Origin: Octopus vulgaris | Taxonomy: Eukaryota | DNA: 64,000 nucleotides | Direction of reading: 5' to 3' | Assembly (NCBI GenBank): GCA_951406725.2 | Contig: OX597816.1 | Location: 59,458,001-59,522,000, forward strand | Shown: piece by piece, positions 39,672-52,466 of the stretch | Position numbering within the stretch: position 1 is the first letter of the stretch | Layout: each line of letters opens with the position of its first letter | Position numbers and translations under genes: made by a program | The notes under the pieces: generated by a model | What the model was told of the DNA's origin: nothing | Database searches by the model: none | What the model saw: only the letters and a program-made list of their open reading frames with translations

Positions 39672-41114
39672 ATTTCTTTATTCACCAATAAGGTTGAGAA
39701 AAAGAGAGGACAATACGGGGACAGACAAAACAAACGTTGGGGTCAGGGTATCGAATGAGACGAAACGTATGAATAAACAAACAATTAAAATATATACAAT
39801 TAAATGAGAATGAGTGATTAACAAAAAATGAAGCGGAGGACGCAGTTGACCCCACAAACCACATACTCACACTGAAGACTTTGCTTTCTCCTTTTTTACA
39901 TTCTCGATTAAACAGGTTCTTTCACTCGCAACATACTTGCTATATACTTCCATTTTTTACGAAACACACTTTGCGACAGGTATTTCTTCTCCAGCCTTAT
40001 TTCCCGTTTCATGTGGAAAACGAAAAAGTCGATTAGATCGAGACTGGAGATGAAAATGTCTGTTGCAATTCCTTTCACTCTCGTCTTCCATACTACTTCT
40101 TTCGCCACAGCAACTACCGAGAGAAAACAGGCTCGCTCCTCCCTATTCAGGTAGGTCGGCGGAACGATCTTAATTATAGATTCGCTCGACAGTTGTATTC
40201 TTTTCGAATGCGACAGCAGGTGTTCGACATAAGCCCAGAGTTCAGTCACCTTGGGGCATTGCACAATCGCGTGCAGGACAGTTTCACTGTCCCTCTCATA
40301 TCTTGCACAAACCGGCGAAGGTGCACACCTATGTCTAAAGAGCTTATCTCGAACCGGTAAAGCTCCTCTGTAACATTGCCAGGCCAAGGACTTTTGGTAA
40401 TTATCCATAGGTCCCGACCGAATGTTCTTTATCGAACAGGCTGGCCAATTAAAATATATACAATTAAATGAGAATGAGTGATTAACAAAAAATGAAGCGG
40501 AGGACGCAGTTGACCCCACAAACCACATACTCACACTGAAGACTTTGCTTTCTCCTTTTTTACATTCTCGATTAAACAGGTTCTTTCACTCGCAACATAC
40601 TTGCTATAGATTTCCATCTTTTACGAAACACACTTTGCGACAGGCATTTCTTCTCCAGCCTTATTTTCCGTTTCATGTGGAAAACGAAAAAGTCGATTAG
40701 ATCGAGACTGGAGATGAACATGTCTGTTGCAATTCCTTTCACTCTCGTCTTCCATACTACTTCTTTCGCCACAGCAACTACCGAGAGAAAACAGGCTCGC
40801 TCCTCCCTATTCAGGTAGGTCGGCGGAACGATCTTAATTACAGATTCGCTCGACAGTTGTACTCTTTTCGAATGCGACAGCAGGTGTTCGACATAAGCCC
40901 AGAGTTCAGTCACCTTGGGGCATTGCACAATCGCGTGCAGGACAGTTTCACTGTCCCTCTCACATCTTGCACAAACCGGCGAAGGTGCACACCTATGTCT
41001 AAAGAGCTGATCTCGAACCAACCGGTAAAGCTCCTCTGTAACATTGCCAGGCCAAGGACTTTTGGTAATTATCCATAGGCCCCGGACCGAATGTTCTTTG
41101 GAACAGGCTGGCCA
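39672..41114 (-). mobile_element. L1/Tx1-clade LINE 3' end with a 664-bp tandem duplication
   Basis: Two near-identical ORFs (39908 and 40572) carry GPMDNYQKSLAWQCYRGALPVRDKL..H....PVCARCERDSETVLHAIVQC. They are homologous to the 3' end of the element at 12762-15272. The 3' end aataaagaaatt runs into (TC)n. Confidence 0.92.
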
Positions 41115-41374
41115 GTTGATAAGAAAGAGAGAGTATGTGATCAATGAGGATTCGCAAAACTCAGTGTAGAAATAGAGCAATCTCAATATTATAAGATAGA
41201 ATCTTATAATCTTTCGATTATCGCGTGCGTTACGTTCCAAAAAAAAAAAAACCGCGATAGGTGAAAAAACGCGAAGTAGACAATCTGTGTTAGCAAATTC
41301 AGTCTGACCTATGCAAGTCTGGAAAAGTGGACGTTAAACGACGACGACAAAGATGATGATGATGGTTTTGTGTA

Positions 41375-41424
<50 letters not shown>

Positions 41425-41508
41425 CTCATTGAATCTCCGTCATTTCCCGGTCTTTTTGTTTTCAAAATACTAACAGAAGAAGAAGCAGAAGAAGAAGAAT
41501 AAGAATAA

Positions 41509-41540
<32 letters not shown>

Positions 41541-41609
41541 AGAGGAAGAAGAAGGAGAAGAAGAAGAAGAAAAAGAAGAAGAAGAAGAAGAACAACAACA
41601 ACAACAATG

Positions 41610-41952
41610 GTTAGCATGCCCAGCTGACAACAAGGTATGCGATAAGGAAGAAATAAAAGTCGAGAGAAAAGATAGGTTAGCTTGGGAAGTTAAGCAGTTG
41701 TGGTCGATGAAAAAGGTAGCAGTAGTACCAATTATTGTCGGAGCCCTGGAAGCAGTGAACAAAAATCTCGAGAAGTGCGTGGAACAAATTGGGGTTGCAA
41801 TAAGGATGGAGCACTTGCAGAAAACAACACTGCTTGGAACCGCTCGAATGCTCCGGAAGGTGCTCGAAAAATAAGAGGTGTTGCCTTAGTTCACTGGTAG
41901 TGAACAGCTGACACTGTAGTACATCTCCATCGTTGGAAGCTGTGCAAAGGCA

Positions 41953-41955
<3 letters not shown>
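41610..41955 (+). mobile_element. RLE-type LINE extreme 3' fragment
   Basis: Translates as ACPADNKV.DKEE.KVE...RLAWEVKQLWSMKKVAVVPIIVGALGAV.KNLEK..EQIG.....EHLQKT.LLGTAR.LRKVL. It ends in (TAA)n. Confidence 0.85.
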
Positions 41956-42010
<55 letters not shown>

Positions 42011-42044
42011 TGATGATGATGATGATGATGATAATAATAATAAT

Positions 42045-42624
42045 CCTTTCTACTATAAACACAAAGCCTGAAATTTCGGGGAGGGAACCAGTCGAATAGA
42101 TCGAACCAGTACGCAACTGGTACTTAATTTATCGACCCCGAAAGGATGAAAGACAAAGTCGACCTCGGCGGAATTTGAACTCAGAACGTAAAGACAGACG
42201 AAATGCCTATTTCTTTACTACCCACAAGGGGCTAAACACAGAGGAGAGAAACAAGGACAGACGGACGGATTAAGTCGATTATATCGACCCCAGTGCGTAA
42301 CTGGTACTTAATTTATCGACCCCGAAAGGATGAAAGGCAAAGTCGACCTCGGCGGAATTTGAACTCAGAACGTAGCGGCAGACGAAATACCTATTTCTTT
42401 GTTACCCACAAGGGGCTAAACATAGAGGGGACAAACAAGGACAGACGGACGGATTAAGTCGATTACATCGACCCCAGTGCGTAACTGGTACTTATTTAAT
42501 CGACCCCGAAAGGATGAAAGGCAAAGTCGACCTCGGCGGAATTTGAACTCACAACTAAGCAGCTGACAAAATACGGCTAAGCATTTCGCCCGGCGTGCTA
42601 GCGTTTCTGCCAGATCGCCGCCTT
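42045..42624 (-). mobile_element. SINE family B trimeric array (~184-bp period)
   Basis: ctggtactta recurs at ~42117, 42301 and 42485. Only the last unit carries the tRNA head. Confidence 0.88.
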
Positions 42625-42650
42625 CAATAATAATAATAATAATAATAATG

Positions 42651-42708
<58 letters not shown>

Positions 42709-43062
42709 TAATAATAAGTATCAATTGAACACTGGGTCAAAATAATCGATTTCCTCTCTCTCTCACGAAATTGCTGGCCTTGTGCCGAAATTTAAAGCAA
42801 TATTTATTACCATTAGTTGTTGCTCTTGCTGTTGTTACTGTTGTTGTTATGGCAGTGAGTTGTTAAGCAGACCAGACCAAATGCTTAGCGGCATTTCGCT
42901 CGTCTTTACGTTCTGAGTTCAAATTCTGCTAAAGATGACTTAGCCTTTCATCCTCTCGGGAATCGATGAAATAAGTACCACTCGAGAATTTCCCCCAACT
43001 TTCAGACATTGTGGATGAATTATTATTATTATCATTATTATTATTATTATTATTATCATTAT

Positions 43063-44535
43063 TCAGTAGTCTTATTTTTATAGCGTGCTTTCACTTCACT
43101 ACCGAGCGCAGCTCTGTGTGCCTTGGGTATGTGTTGTGATTTGTTGTGATGCTCTGATGGTTATTGTATGGAAAGTGTTCTGCGTAGGATGTGAGCAGTG
43201 CCTAGTAGTGCAATTTTCTGTATGTTATATGTGTTTGTAAGTCCTGGTGTTTTTGTTATGTATTTGTCTGAATATTTTTTTATCATGCCTAATGCACCTA
43301 CTATGATAGGAATTGTTTCTGTTTTCAGGTTCCACATTCTAGTTACCTCTATTTCCAGGTCTTTGTATTTTGAGAGTTTCTCCATTTCTTTTAGAGACAC
43401 GTTGTCATCTGCCGGTATTGATACATCAATTAGAAAGCATTTTTTTTCTTCATGATCTCTGACAACTATATCTGGTCTGTTGGCCTTAATTTCTCTATCT
43501 GTGTGTATCGGCATATCCCAGAGTATGGTTGCTTTCTCGTTTTCTGTGACCTTTTCTGGTGTGTGCCTATACCATCTTTTTTCTGTTGTTATTCCATAAT
43601 GTTAGCATAGCTTCCAATGTATGTAGGTTCCAACTCTGTCATGTCTGTGAATATATTCCTTCTTAGCCAGGACTGGGCAGCTAGAGATAATATGATTTAT
43701 TGTTTCCTGTCCATCTCCACATATTCTGCAGTTACTTGTAATATTTCTTTTCATTACATGTTTTTGGTAATTTCTGGTGGGGAGGCTTTGGTCTTGTGCT
43801 GCAATTAAAAATCCCTCTGTTTCTGCTTTGAGTACTAAGCTTCTCAACCATTGCTGGGATTTTTCTTTGTCTATTTCTTTTGCGTTTAGTTTAGTCCAGT
43901 ATTTACCATGAAGGGGCTTTTCTTGCCATCGTTTTATCATGGCTCGTTGCTGTTCTATTTTTAGTTTGGATTTCATTTGTTTTATAGCTTTTGTTGTTTC
44001 TTCATCATCTTCTTCTTCTTCTTTGTGTTTATTAGGTGGTATGATTTCTTGTTTGTATTTGTCAGCTTCCTTAAATACTGAGAACAGTTTTTTGTTTTGC
44101 TCGTGTTTTGCTGCTATCTGGATCAGTTTTCCTTCCTTCTGAAGTAGGTATTTTTGCAGTCCTATGGTGGTTATTTTATAGTAGTTTTCCAGCTGTATAA
44201 GGCCTCTACCACCTTCTATACGTTGTATATATAGTCTTTCTATGTCAGATTTTGGGTGATGCATCCTAGATCCTGTCAGTATTTTTCTTGTTTTCCTATC
44301 TATTTTGGACAGTTCATTTCGTGTCCAGTTAAGGATATTGTAGCTGTAACTTATAACTGGGACAGCTAAAGTGTTGATACCTATTATCTTGTTTTTAGCA
44401 TTGAGCTCTGTTTTTAGTATTGATCTAACTCGTCTATAATATTCTTTTTTTATTTTCTCTTTCATTTGTGTGTATTGTGTCTTATCTAGTTCATGGATTC
44501 CTAAGTATTTGTAAGTTTGGCTTTGGTCTAATTCT
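43063..44535 (-). mobile_element. Young R4/Dong-like RLE LINE running into the assembly gap
   Basis: ORFs 43602-44465 and 43161-43514 are in the same frame, separated by one TAA. Motifs include ETEGFLIAAQDQSL, CRICGDGQETINHIISSC, RHD and NRPDIVV..IDVSIP..EKLSKYKDL..PIIVGALG. The 3' end runs into (TAA)n. Confidence 0.93.
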
Positions 44536-44635
44536 NNNNNNNNNNNNNNNNNNNNNNNNNNNNNNNNNNNNNNNNNNNNNNNNNNNNNNNNNNNNNNNNN
44601 NNNNNNNNNNNNNNNNNNNNNNNNNNNNNNNNNNN
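44536..44635. other. Assembly gap (100 N)
   Basis: Run of N characters. Confidence 0.99.
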
Positions 44636-45660
44636 GTATGGGATCTAAATCATCTACATGCTCGAATTAAGTGGTCCTTGTTCATTTTGGACATTACTCT
44701 AACTATGGCAGCTTTCAAAGAATTGTTGGTGTTATGGGTGTGTTCATTGACCTCTCTCTCAACAACACTCCACTGTAATAGTCCAATGAATTGAGATCTG
44801 GGGAATTAGGAGGCCAAATGTTAGGGGTTATGTGATCATAAAAATTTTTAGCCATCCATTCCTGTGTTACTAGAATCATGTGTGATAGCGCAGAGTTTTA
44901 CTGAAGCACATATGGCCTTCCATTGTATACACTGCCTATACAGGGTTTAACAATTATTTCTAGAACCTCAATGTAGAAAGAAGTAAGGAGGTATCACATG
45001 TCCTTCATTACTGACAACCCTTAAAACCTTGACTGTTACAGGAAATTTTGTATGCATAACACTTTGAACTTCAGAAGGGTCTGCACATAACCATTTGTCA
45101 TTTCTTCTGTTAACTTTCTGATCTTGGTCGAAGTTTTTCTCGTTTGAGAAAAACCAGATCAAATCTTCTTCAACTGGATTTTTCAATTTGTTTAAGAGCC
45201 TTTTAGATCTGATGTAGGGATTTTATTTTGCTTTTTCTGACAAATTGACCTTTCTTCATCATATAAGACTTATATCTGATGTCTTCATGAGCAACATTTC
45301 TGACTCTTCCTTCTGACACATGGAGATCTTTTACAATTGAGCTCATGGACTTCTGGTATTGTAATCAATGGTCTGGATTGTAATCAGGTGTCCTGATGAT
45401 TTCAGAGCGTTTAGAATGTTTTTTATGCCTTGATACTGGTGATACGTTTCAACCTTCAGTCTCTAGCTCCTTACAAACTTTGTAGACGAAAGATCTGGCA
45501 ACTTTTAAAAATCGAGATATTTCTAAATCGCTATGCTCAGCCTTTATAACCACAATAACAGCATGCCTCTTCATTTCTTGAGTAAGCTGAGGGTCTGCCG
45601 TTATTATTTTCTGAAACAAAGATAATACAGTTAGCAAAAAATGCAGCAATGACCCCCAAA
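44636..45660 (-). mobile_element. Decayed Tc1/mariner (maT/DD37D-like) transposase
   Basis: Contains the HTH MKRHAVIVVIKAEHSDLEISRFLKVARSFVYKV, then FFSNEKNF.QDQKVNRRND.WL...TKFP..V.VL..VSNEG.V.PP.F and WPPNSPDLNSLDY. Confidence 0.85.
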
Positions 45661-45705
45661 AAGGTATGTCCTCAAATACCTTACGCATCGTGTATATATA
45701 TATAT

Positions 45706-46007
45706 GCCGGAGATGTACTTGCATAGCAAGTGACCTGATCTGAGATCGTGTGCTGGAACGAAAACAATTGCAGCGTGGAAGGTGTTTATAAGCCATTTAA
45801 GAAACACACAAAAACCGTTAGATTCACTTCAACATTTACATTTAATTTGCCAAAATATTTTCGTCGCTTTGAGACCGCGACCTGTTCACTGACAAAATTC
45901 CGTGCTGCACGAAATATAATTTGGCAAATTAAACTTAAATGTTGAAGTGAATCTAACGGTTTTTGTGTGTTTCTTAAATGGCTTATAAACACCTTCCACG
46001 CTGCAAT

Positions 46008-46012
<5 letters not shown>
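45706..46012. repeat. pLTR-like repeat folded into a palindrome with ~100-bp arms; partial copy at 63663-63795
   Basis: 45761-45862 (aaacaattgcagcgtggaagg...) is the reverse complement of ~45909-46012. The unit is flanked by (TA)n. Confidence 0.88.
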
Positions 46013-46046
<34 letters not shown>

Positions 46047-46257
46047 CGTGTGTCTGCATTTGTACCTCCATCATCGCTTGACAACCGATGTTGGTGCGTT
46101 TACGTCCCCGTAACTTAGCGGTTAGATAAAAGAGGCCGATAGAATAAATACTAGGCTTACAATGAATAAGTCCTGGGGCTGATTTGTTCGACTAAAGGCG
46201 GTGCTCCAGTATGGCCGCAATCAAATGACTGAAACAAGTAAAAGAATAAACAAATAT

Positions 46258-46316
<59 letters not shown>

Positions 46317-46317
<1 letters not shown>

Positions 46318-47765
46318 AGCACTTTCACGAGAAGTTTCTTTGGGTTTGGCTGCTCTGCCTCCATTGCTCACATGCTAAAGAGAGATACTCTTGTGGTTAC
46401 GAAAGTGAGGTTTGACCTTAAACATTCCAGTTTTCTTTTCGTGTGTTACGAAGTAAACGCTGGCAGTGTGCATCGACCAAGAACAGAGATTAGTGATCCG
46501 ATTTCTCTGATCTGAAGGTGTTTTCAGGGCTGAAATTCACTGAGGCTTTTAATACAATTCGGCGACAGCGCTCCATTGCGTGGAAGTGAGTATAAGTGAG
46601 TCGAGATGTTTAACCCTTTAGCCTTTAAACTGGCCACATTCATTCCAAATATTCTACGTGTTTTATATTCAAACTGACCTGATCTGGTTTCTCATATCTA
46701 CTTTACAATGTCATTCTAAAAACAAACGGTCACATCACCGAAAGCATTACATTTGGCTGGGCAATCTGAATGCTAAAGGGTTAACAATGGCAGGACAAGC
46801 GTGAAGCACTAAGAGAGAGCAGGACACCCATCAAACCCCACCACTAATGGGAGGATTCAACAAGCTTGAAACGTGGTTTTGGCGAACCGACGCGTGACTA
46901 TCGATGAGATGGTCTGTTCTCTGCATATTAGTGATGGTGCTGCTTAGGAAATCATTCACACTTAGTTTCACTTTCGTAAACTCTTTGCGAGATGGATGCC
47001 AAGAGGGCTTAACGAAGCGCATTAACGCAATCGTGTGAAGATCTGGCAACGCTTACGCGACCGCTATAACAATGAAATCGAAGATTCTTTGCTGAGAATA
47101 AACATAGATGATGAGACCTGGGTCCATTACTTTGAGCCAGAATCAAAAAAGCAGAGCATAGAGTGAAAAGCCCGAATCGCCAGCAAAAAACAGATTCAAG
47201 ACTCAACCTTTCGCAGAAAAAGTGATACAAACCATTTTCTGGGACACAAAAGGAGCTTTACAGAAATATTACCAAGAAAAGGGGTCTCCAGTCACCAGTG
47301 TAGTCTACAATGGAATACTGGCCAACAAACTTAAGCAAACAATTCACTCCAAATACTGCAATCTATTGTCAAATCAAGTGCTACTGTTGCACGACAATGC
47401 ACGCCCACATGCCGTGCCAGCGCCATTGAAACCACTGAAAATGTGGGTTTTGAATCGCTGGAATACCTTGATCACGCCCAGATCTCACCCCTTCCAGTAA
47501 TCACCGCATTGGACCTCTCAGACATCCTTTACGAGGTCGTCGATTTGCTACGGACGAAGAAGCGTAGAGAGCGGTGCATAAATGATTGCACGACTAACCG
47601 AAATGCCTTCTTCTCCAATGGAATAAGCGAGCTTGCAGATCACTGACAGAAGAGCATTGAAAAGCGAAGGTACTGAGTCGATAAATGATGCAAGAGTTCA
47701 ACCCTTGTTTTTGTTTAAACAAATTACAGAAACGAGAGTGCCTATGATATTTTACTTAACTTTGT
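46317..47765 (+). mobile_element. Decayed mariner transposon
   Basis: Remnants include EMF.NGRTSV..ERAGHP, DETWVHYFEPESK, TIFWDTKG, VLLLHDNARPH, and an L.H....PDL.P-like region. Confidence 0.85.
46614..46780. mobile_element. piggyBac-type MITE nested in the mariner
   Basis: Structure is TTAA|ccctttagc...gctaaaggg|TTAA. Removing it restores the mariner frame EMFNNGRTSV. Confidence 0.85.
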
Positions 47766-47870
47766 GTGTTTGTATACATACAGACGCGCGCGCGCACTCA
47801 CGCACGCACACATACATATACATGTACTATATATATGTATACTCACATATATATAGGTATATGTAAGGTG

Positions 47871-47969
<99 letters not shown>

Positions 47970-47972
47970 GTG

Positions 47973-49219
47973 CAGACATGACAGAAGTAAATAGACACGC
48001 TTATAATCATAAAAATGTATTTAAATCTGAAATTGTACATTCAGACTATGTATTAATTATTATAATGTGAATATTTAATATTTAGTAGACGTGCCCTTTG
48101 CCTATTTCAATGCAAGGACTCTATTGGCACGTTACTGATCAGATGACAAATATTCTCTTGCGGAATTTCTTGCCAAGTTTCATACATTAATCTCAAAAGC
48201 TCTGGCTTTGAAGATGCTTTCTTGTTTTTTTTTATAAAATGCCCTGGCCATTATATTCTAGAGGTGTTCAATAGGGTTCGTATATGGTGACTGGCATGGC
48301 CATGGAAGCATTTTAATGCCATTCTCATCCAACAAATCTTGGGTCATTTTAGCCGTGTGACAAGGAGCCCCATCTTCCATAAATAAAGAGTCTTCTTTAA
48401 TCATTTCTCCACTGGAGATGAATGGAAGGAGTCATTTCTGCAATAAGGACACACATTTATCTGAGTTTCCTTCTCACTCCACCAGCTCTGATCAACCATT
48501 GCTCCAAATTGCTTCCCACACCATCACAGAATAGTTACCGTGTTTCATTGTTGTCTGCAATCGTTTCACATCAAATTCTTGATCACAGAGTCTCCAGACC
48601 CACACTCGACCACTGTCAAGAAATACATCAAATCTGGACCCTTCAGAGAATATGACAGTGTCCCTAAATGCTAGTGGCCTCTCCACCATCTCACTGGCCC
48701 AGTCTTTTCTCCGTTTGATGTTGGCTGATCGAAGAAGTGGGTTCCTTCTTGCTACGCTGCCAAAGCAACCAAGCTTGTGGAGATACCTGACAACTGTTCT
48801 GGGACTGACATCAACTTCCTCTGCTATGTCAGAGGCCTTACAACGAGAATTATCCTCCACACTTCTCTTAGCAAAGAGAAGGGTCCTATCAGAGGGCCCT
48901 GGTTGATCTGGGCAAGGTGATGTGTACTCCCTCATTTCTCTGGTGAATTGAAGATTCCCTCTACTAACTGTAGAAAGCAGGATCCCAAGGTTTTCTGCGA
49001 TTTTACGCTGAATTTGTCCACCTTCAGAATGACCCACAATAGGCCTCTTTGAAATTCAAACAGTTCCAAGGCCTCTTTTGTACATGGCATGATTAAACAC
49101 TCACATATAGAACCTGAAAGATAAAAATGTCAATTAATAAAAAAAATATTTACCTCTACAAGTCAGAATAGACATAAAACGATGTTTTATGGCGTGTCTA
49201 TTCACTTCTGTTATGTCTG
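47973..49219 (-). mobile_element. Tc1-like transposon, near full length and decayed
   Basis: TIRs cagacatgacagaagtaaatagacacgc / gcgtgtctattcacttctgttatgtctg. The ORF has a paired-like [12 protein letters not shown] and [12 protein letters not shown], followed by remnants FMEDGAPCH and W.CQSPY.NPIEHL. Confidence 0.9.
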
Positions 49220-49267
<48 letters not shown>

Positions 49268-49409
49268 TGTTTGTGTGTCTGTGTGTGCATATGTACATGT
49301 ATGTTTGTGTGTATGTATGCATGTATGTATATATGTGTATGCGTGTACGTATCTATATACACGTGTGTATATATATATGAGTGTGTGTGTATGTATGCAT
49401 GCATGCATG

Positions 49410-49462
<53 letters not shown>

Positions 49463-49585
49463 GTATGTGTATATATATATGTGTGTGTGTGCAAGATTTA
49501 TAAGTATATATTTAAATCATATTGTTCCATGTTGTCTACTACTACTACTACTACCACCACCACCACTACCACCACCACCACCACC

Positions 49586-49618
<33 letters not shown>

Positions 49619-50170
49619 TGCAGCAGCTGCTGCTGTTGCATCTGCCGTTTCAGCTGCTGCTGCAAAATATATCTCTTATTATATCATTAATAAAAGCCAA
49701 TGTGTAGAATATGAAGCGCCTCCACACACCCATACAAATACACGTGCACATACAATATACCTACACGAAAGCACACCACACATATACACATACGCACGCA
49801 CCACGCATACACAAACATACACATGCACACACACATGCGTACACTCACCCACTCACATCCATTTATAGACACACAGACAGACATGTAGAAGTAGGAGAGA
49901 AAAACAATTGCAATTATGTATTTTATTTTAGTCTGCAATTAATGAACAATAACACAAAGTAATTAAGTCTCCGCCGCAATGTGTAATAAATCCACACGCA
50001 TACACACACACACAGCACAGACACACACACATGCATACCTCACGGATATTCGTATGACATAAAAATATATCGACTGACACACACAAACAACACTCCAGAG
50101 CGCGCGCATGCACATATATTTATGTGCACACACACACATACACATTGTGTGTGTTTATTCTAGCTATCTA

Positions 50171-50259
<89 letters not shown>

Positions 50260-50326
50260 GTGTCTGTCCCTCTCTCTTTCTCTTTCTCTCTCTCTCTCTC
50301 CCGTTCGCTATATATATATATATACA

Positions 50327-50724
50327 GCAGGAGTGGCTGTGTGGTAAGTAGCTTCTTTACCAACCACATGGTTCTGGGTTCAGTCTCACTGCGTGGCACC
50401 TTGGGCAAGTGTCTTCTACTATAGCCTCGGGCCGACCAAAGCCTTGTGAGTGGATTTGGTAGACGGAAACTGAAAGAAGCCCGTCGTATATATGTATATA
50501 TATATATATGCGTGTGTGTATGTGTGTGTCCCCCTAGCATTACTTGACAACCGATGCTGGTGTGTTTATGTCCCCGTTACTTAGCGGTTCGGCAAAAGAT
50601 AGAATAAGTACTGGGCTTACAAAAGAATAAGTCCCGGGGTCGAGTTGCTCGATTAAAGGCGGTGCTCCAGCATGGCCGCAGTCAAATAACTGAAACAAGA
50701 AACAAGTAAAAGAGTAAAAGAGAG
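50327..50724 (+). mobile_element. SINE family A, full-length copy
   Basis: Complete head, CORE-like body, (TA/TG)n and tail, nearly identical to 15278-15662. Confidence 0.9.
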
Positions 50725-50736
50725 TATATATGCATG

Positions 50737-50795
<59 letters not shown>

Positions 50796-50799
50796 GTAT

Positions 50800-50849
<50 letters not shown>

Positions 50850-51188
50850 GAGCAATTAGAAAATGGTTCATCAACTTTTAGACATTATATTATGTCAATT
50901 TATTTATTTAATTACTAAATAAATTGACATAATATAATGTCTAAAAGTTAATGAACCACCTATTGATCCCCTCCATTTTCTTATTGTTCTATAAATTAAT
51001 GGTAAAATATCTCTTTACCCTGACCCATTTAGTACACTCGGTAATGTAACTGTAATGCAATAAAAAACACTTGTGTATTAATAATTGCGTATTCTACCAG
51101 CAGTATATTGGATAGATATTATCCGTTAATGGGTGGGATTCACAACCTCTAACTTTCTTTGAATTAAAATATATATAGATATATATAA

Positions 51189-51275
<87 letters not shown>

Positions 51276-51482
51276 GAGGGAAGGATGGCCTCCCTTTGCA
51301 AATACCGATAAGGCACAGAAAGTGTGTCAATAGCCAGCTGGAGAAGATGTTCTCCTGGGGCTACAAGCTACAGTAACATCCACCCTTAGTGGTTAGCCAT
51401 ATTGAGATGGCAGATATACTTCCCATTGTCGTGCAGTTACTGTCCATACCTCGTTCAGACATTTATTATTGTTTATATATAT

Positions 51483-52048
51483 ATAAGGTTTAAGGATGAC
51501 ATAAGGACTACTATGAAGTCACTGGAAATAGATCCAGAAGACATAGAAACCCTTGCTTCAGATCGAGTTGGACTGTGAACAAAAGTGTGGAGTGGAGTGT
51601 AAGTATTTGAAGAGGCCATGATAACGCATTTAAGACTCAAAAGAGATCTAAGGAAGAATGTTACGATCGAGAAGGTGAATGACAATGACCCTTTTGTGTG
51701 CACAGCTTGTGCCAGACCATGCCTTTCTTTTGCTGGGTTCAAATCTAATTTGCGAACCCATGGAAAACGAACCTCCACCAACTATTCTGCCTATATGTCT
51801 GTGCACACCTTTGTATGCAGTGTATGCCAGAAGGTCTACAAATCTAATAGAGGCCTCAAGAGACATTTAAGATCCACAAAGATCAGAACTTAACTGCAGC
51901 TCTTAGTGGTCCAAATTGGATATGCAGTCTATGTGGGTGTCTTTTCAGAACATTGTCTGGTTTAAAAAGCCACATCAGATGCCGTGATGGTGCTAAAGTG
52001 CAGGTACAAGAGGTGGTCAAACTCTGCATAAGGAGTAGACAACTACTA
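51483..52048 (+). mobile_element. RTE-clade LINE 3' end with three C2H2-like zinc fingers
   Basis: RFKDDIRTTMKSLEIDPEDIETLASDR..., then CTACARPCLSFAGFKSNLRTH, CSVCQKVYKSNRGLKRHL(K)IH (frameshifted) and CSLCGCLFRTLSGLKSHIRC. Confidence 0.8.
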
Positions 52049-52243
52049 TATATATATATACGTTAGAAGGTTTGGAGATGATGTACAGGTATTTTATATT
52101 AGAAGAAATAAGGTACTCAGAAATTCGGATGGTTTTATATTTACAGATATTTATTTGTATATTACATGTTTTTATACATCATATAACATATATCATATAT
52201 CATATATTAGCGCTTTCGCCCATTCTGGTGGGGTTTTCAAATT

Positions 52244-52361
<118 letters not shown>

Positions 52362-52417
52362 TACTTACTTGGAAATGGATGCGTGGCATTCAATTAAATA
52401 ATAATATAAATAATATA

Positions 52418-52460
<43 letters not shown>

Positions 52461-52466
<6 letters not shown>

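Noticed and set aside
42045-42624. Regularly spaced repeats resembling a CRISPR array
   Set aside because: The intervening sequences are also repeated, so this is a tandem SINE multimer.
51618-51893. Host C2H2 zinc-finger gene
   Set aside because: It is contiguous with RTE C-terminal motifs, has in-frame stops upstream and a frameshift, and lacks TGEKP linkers.
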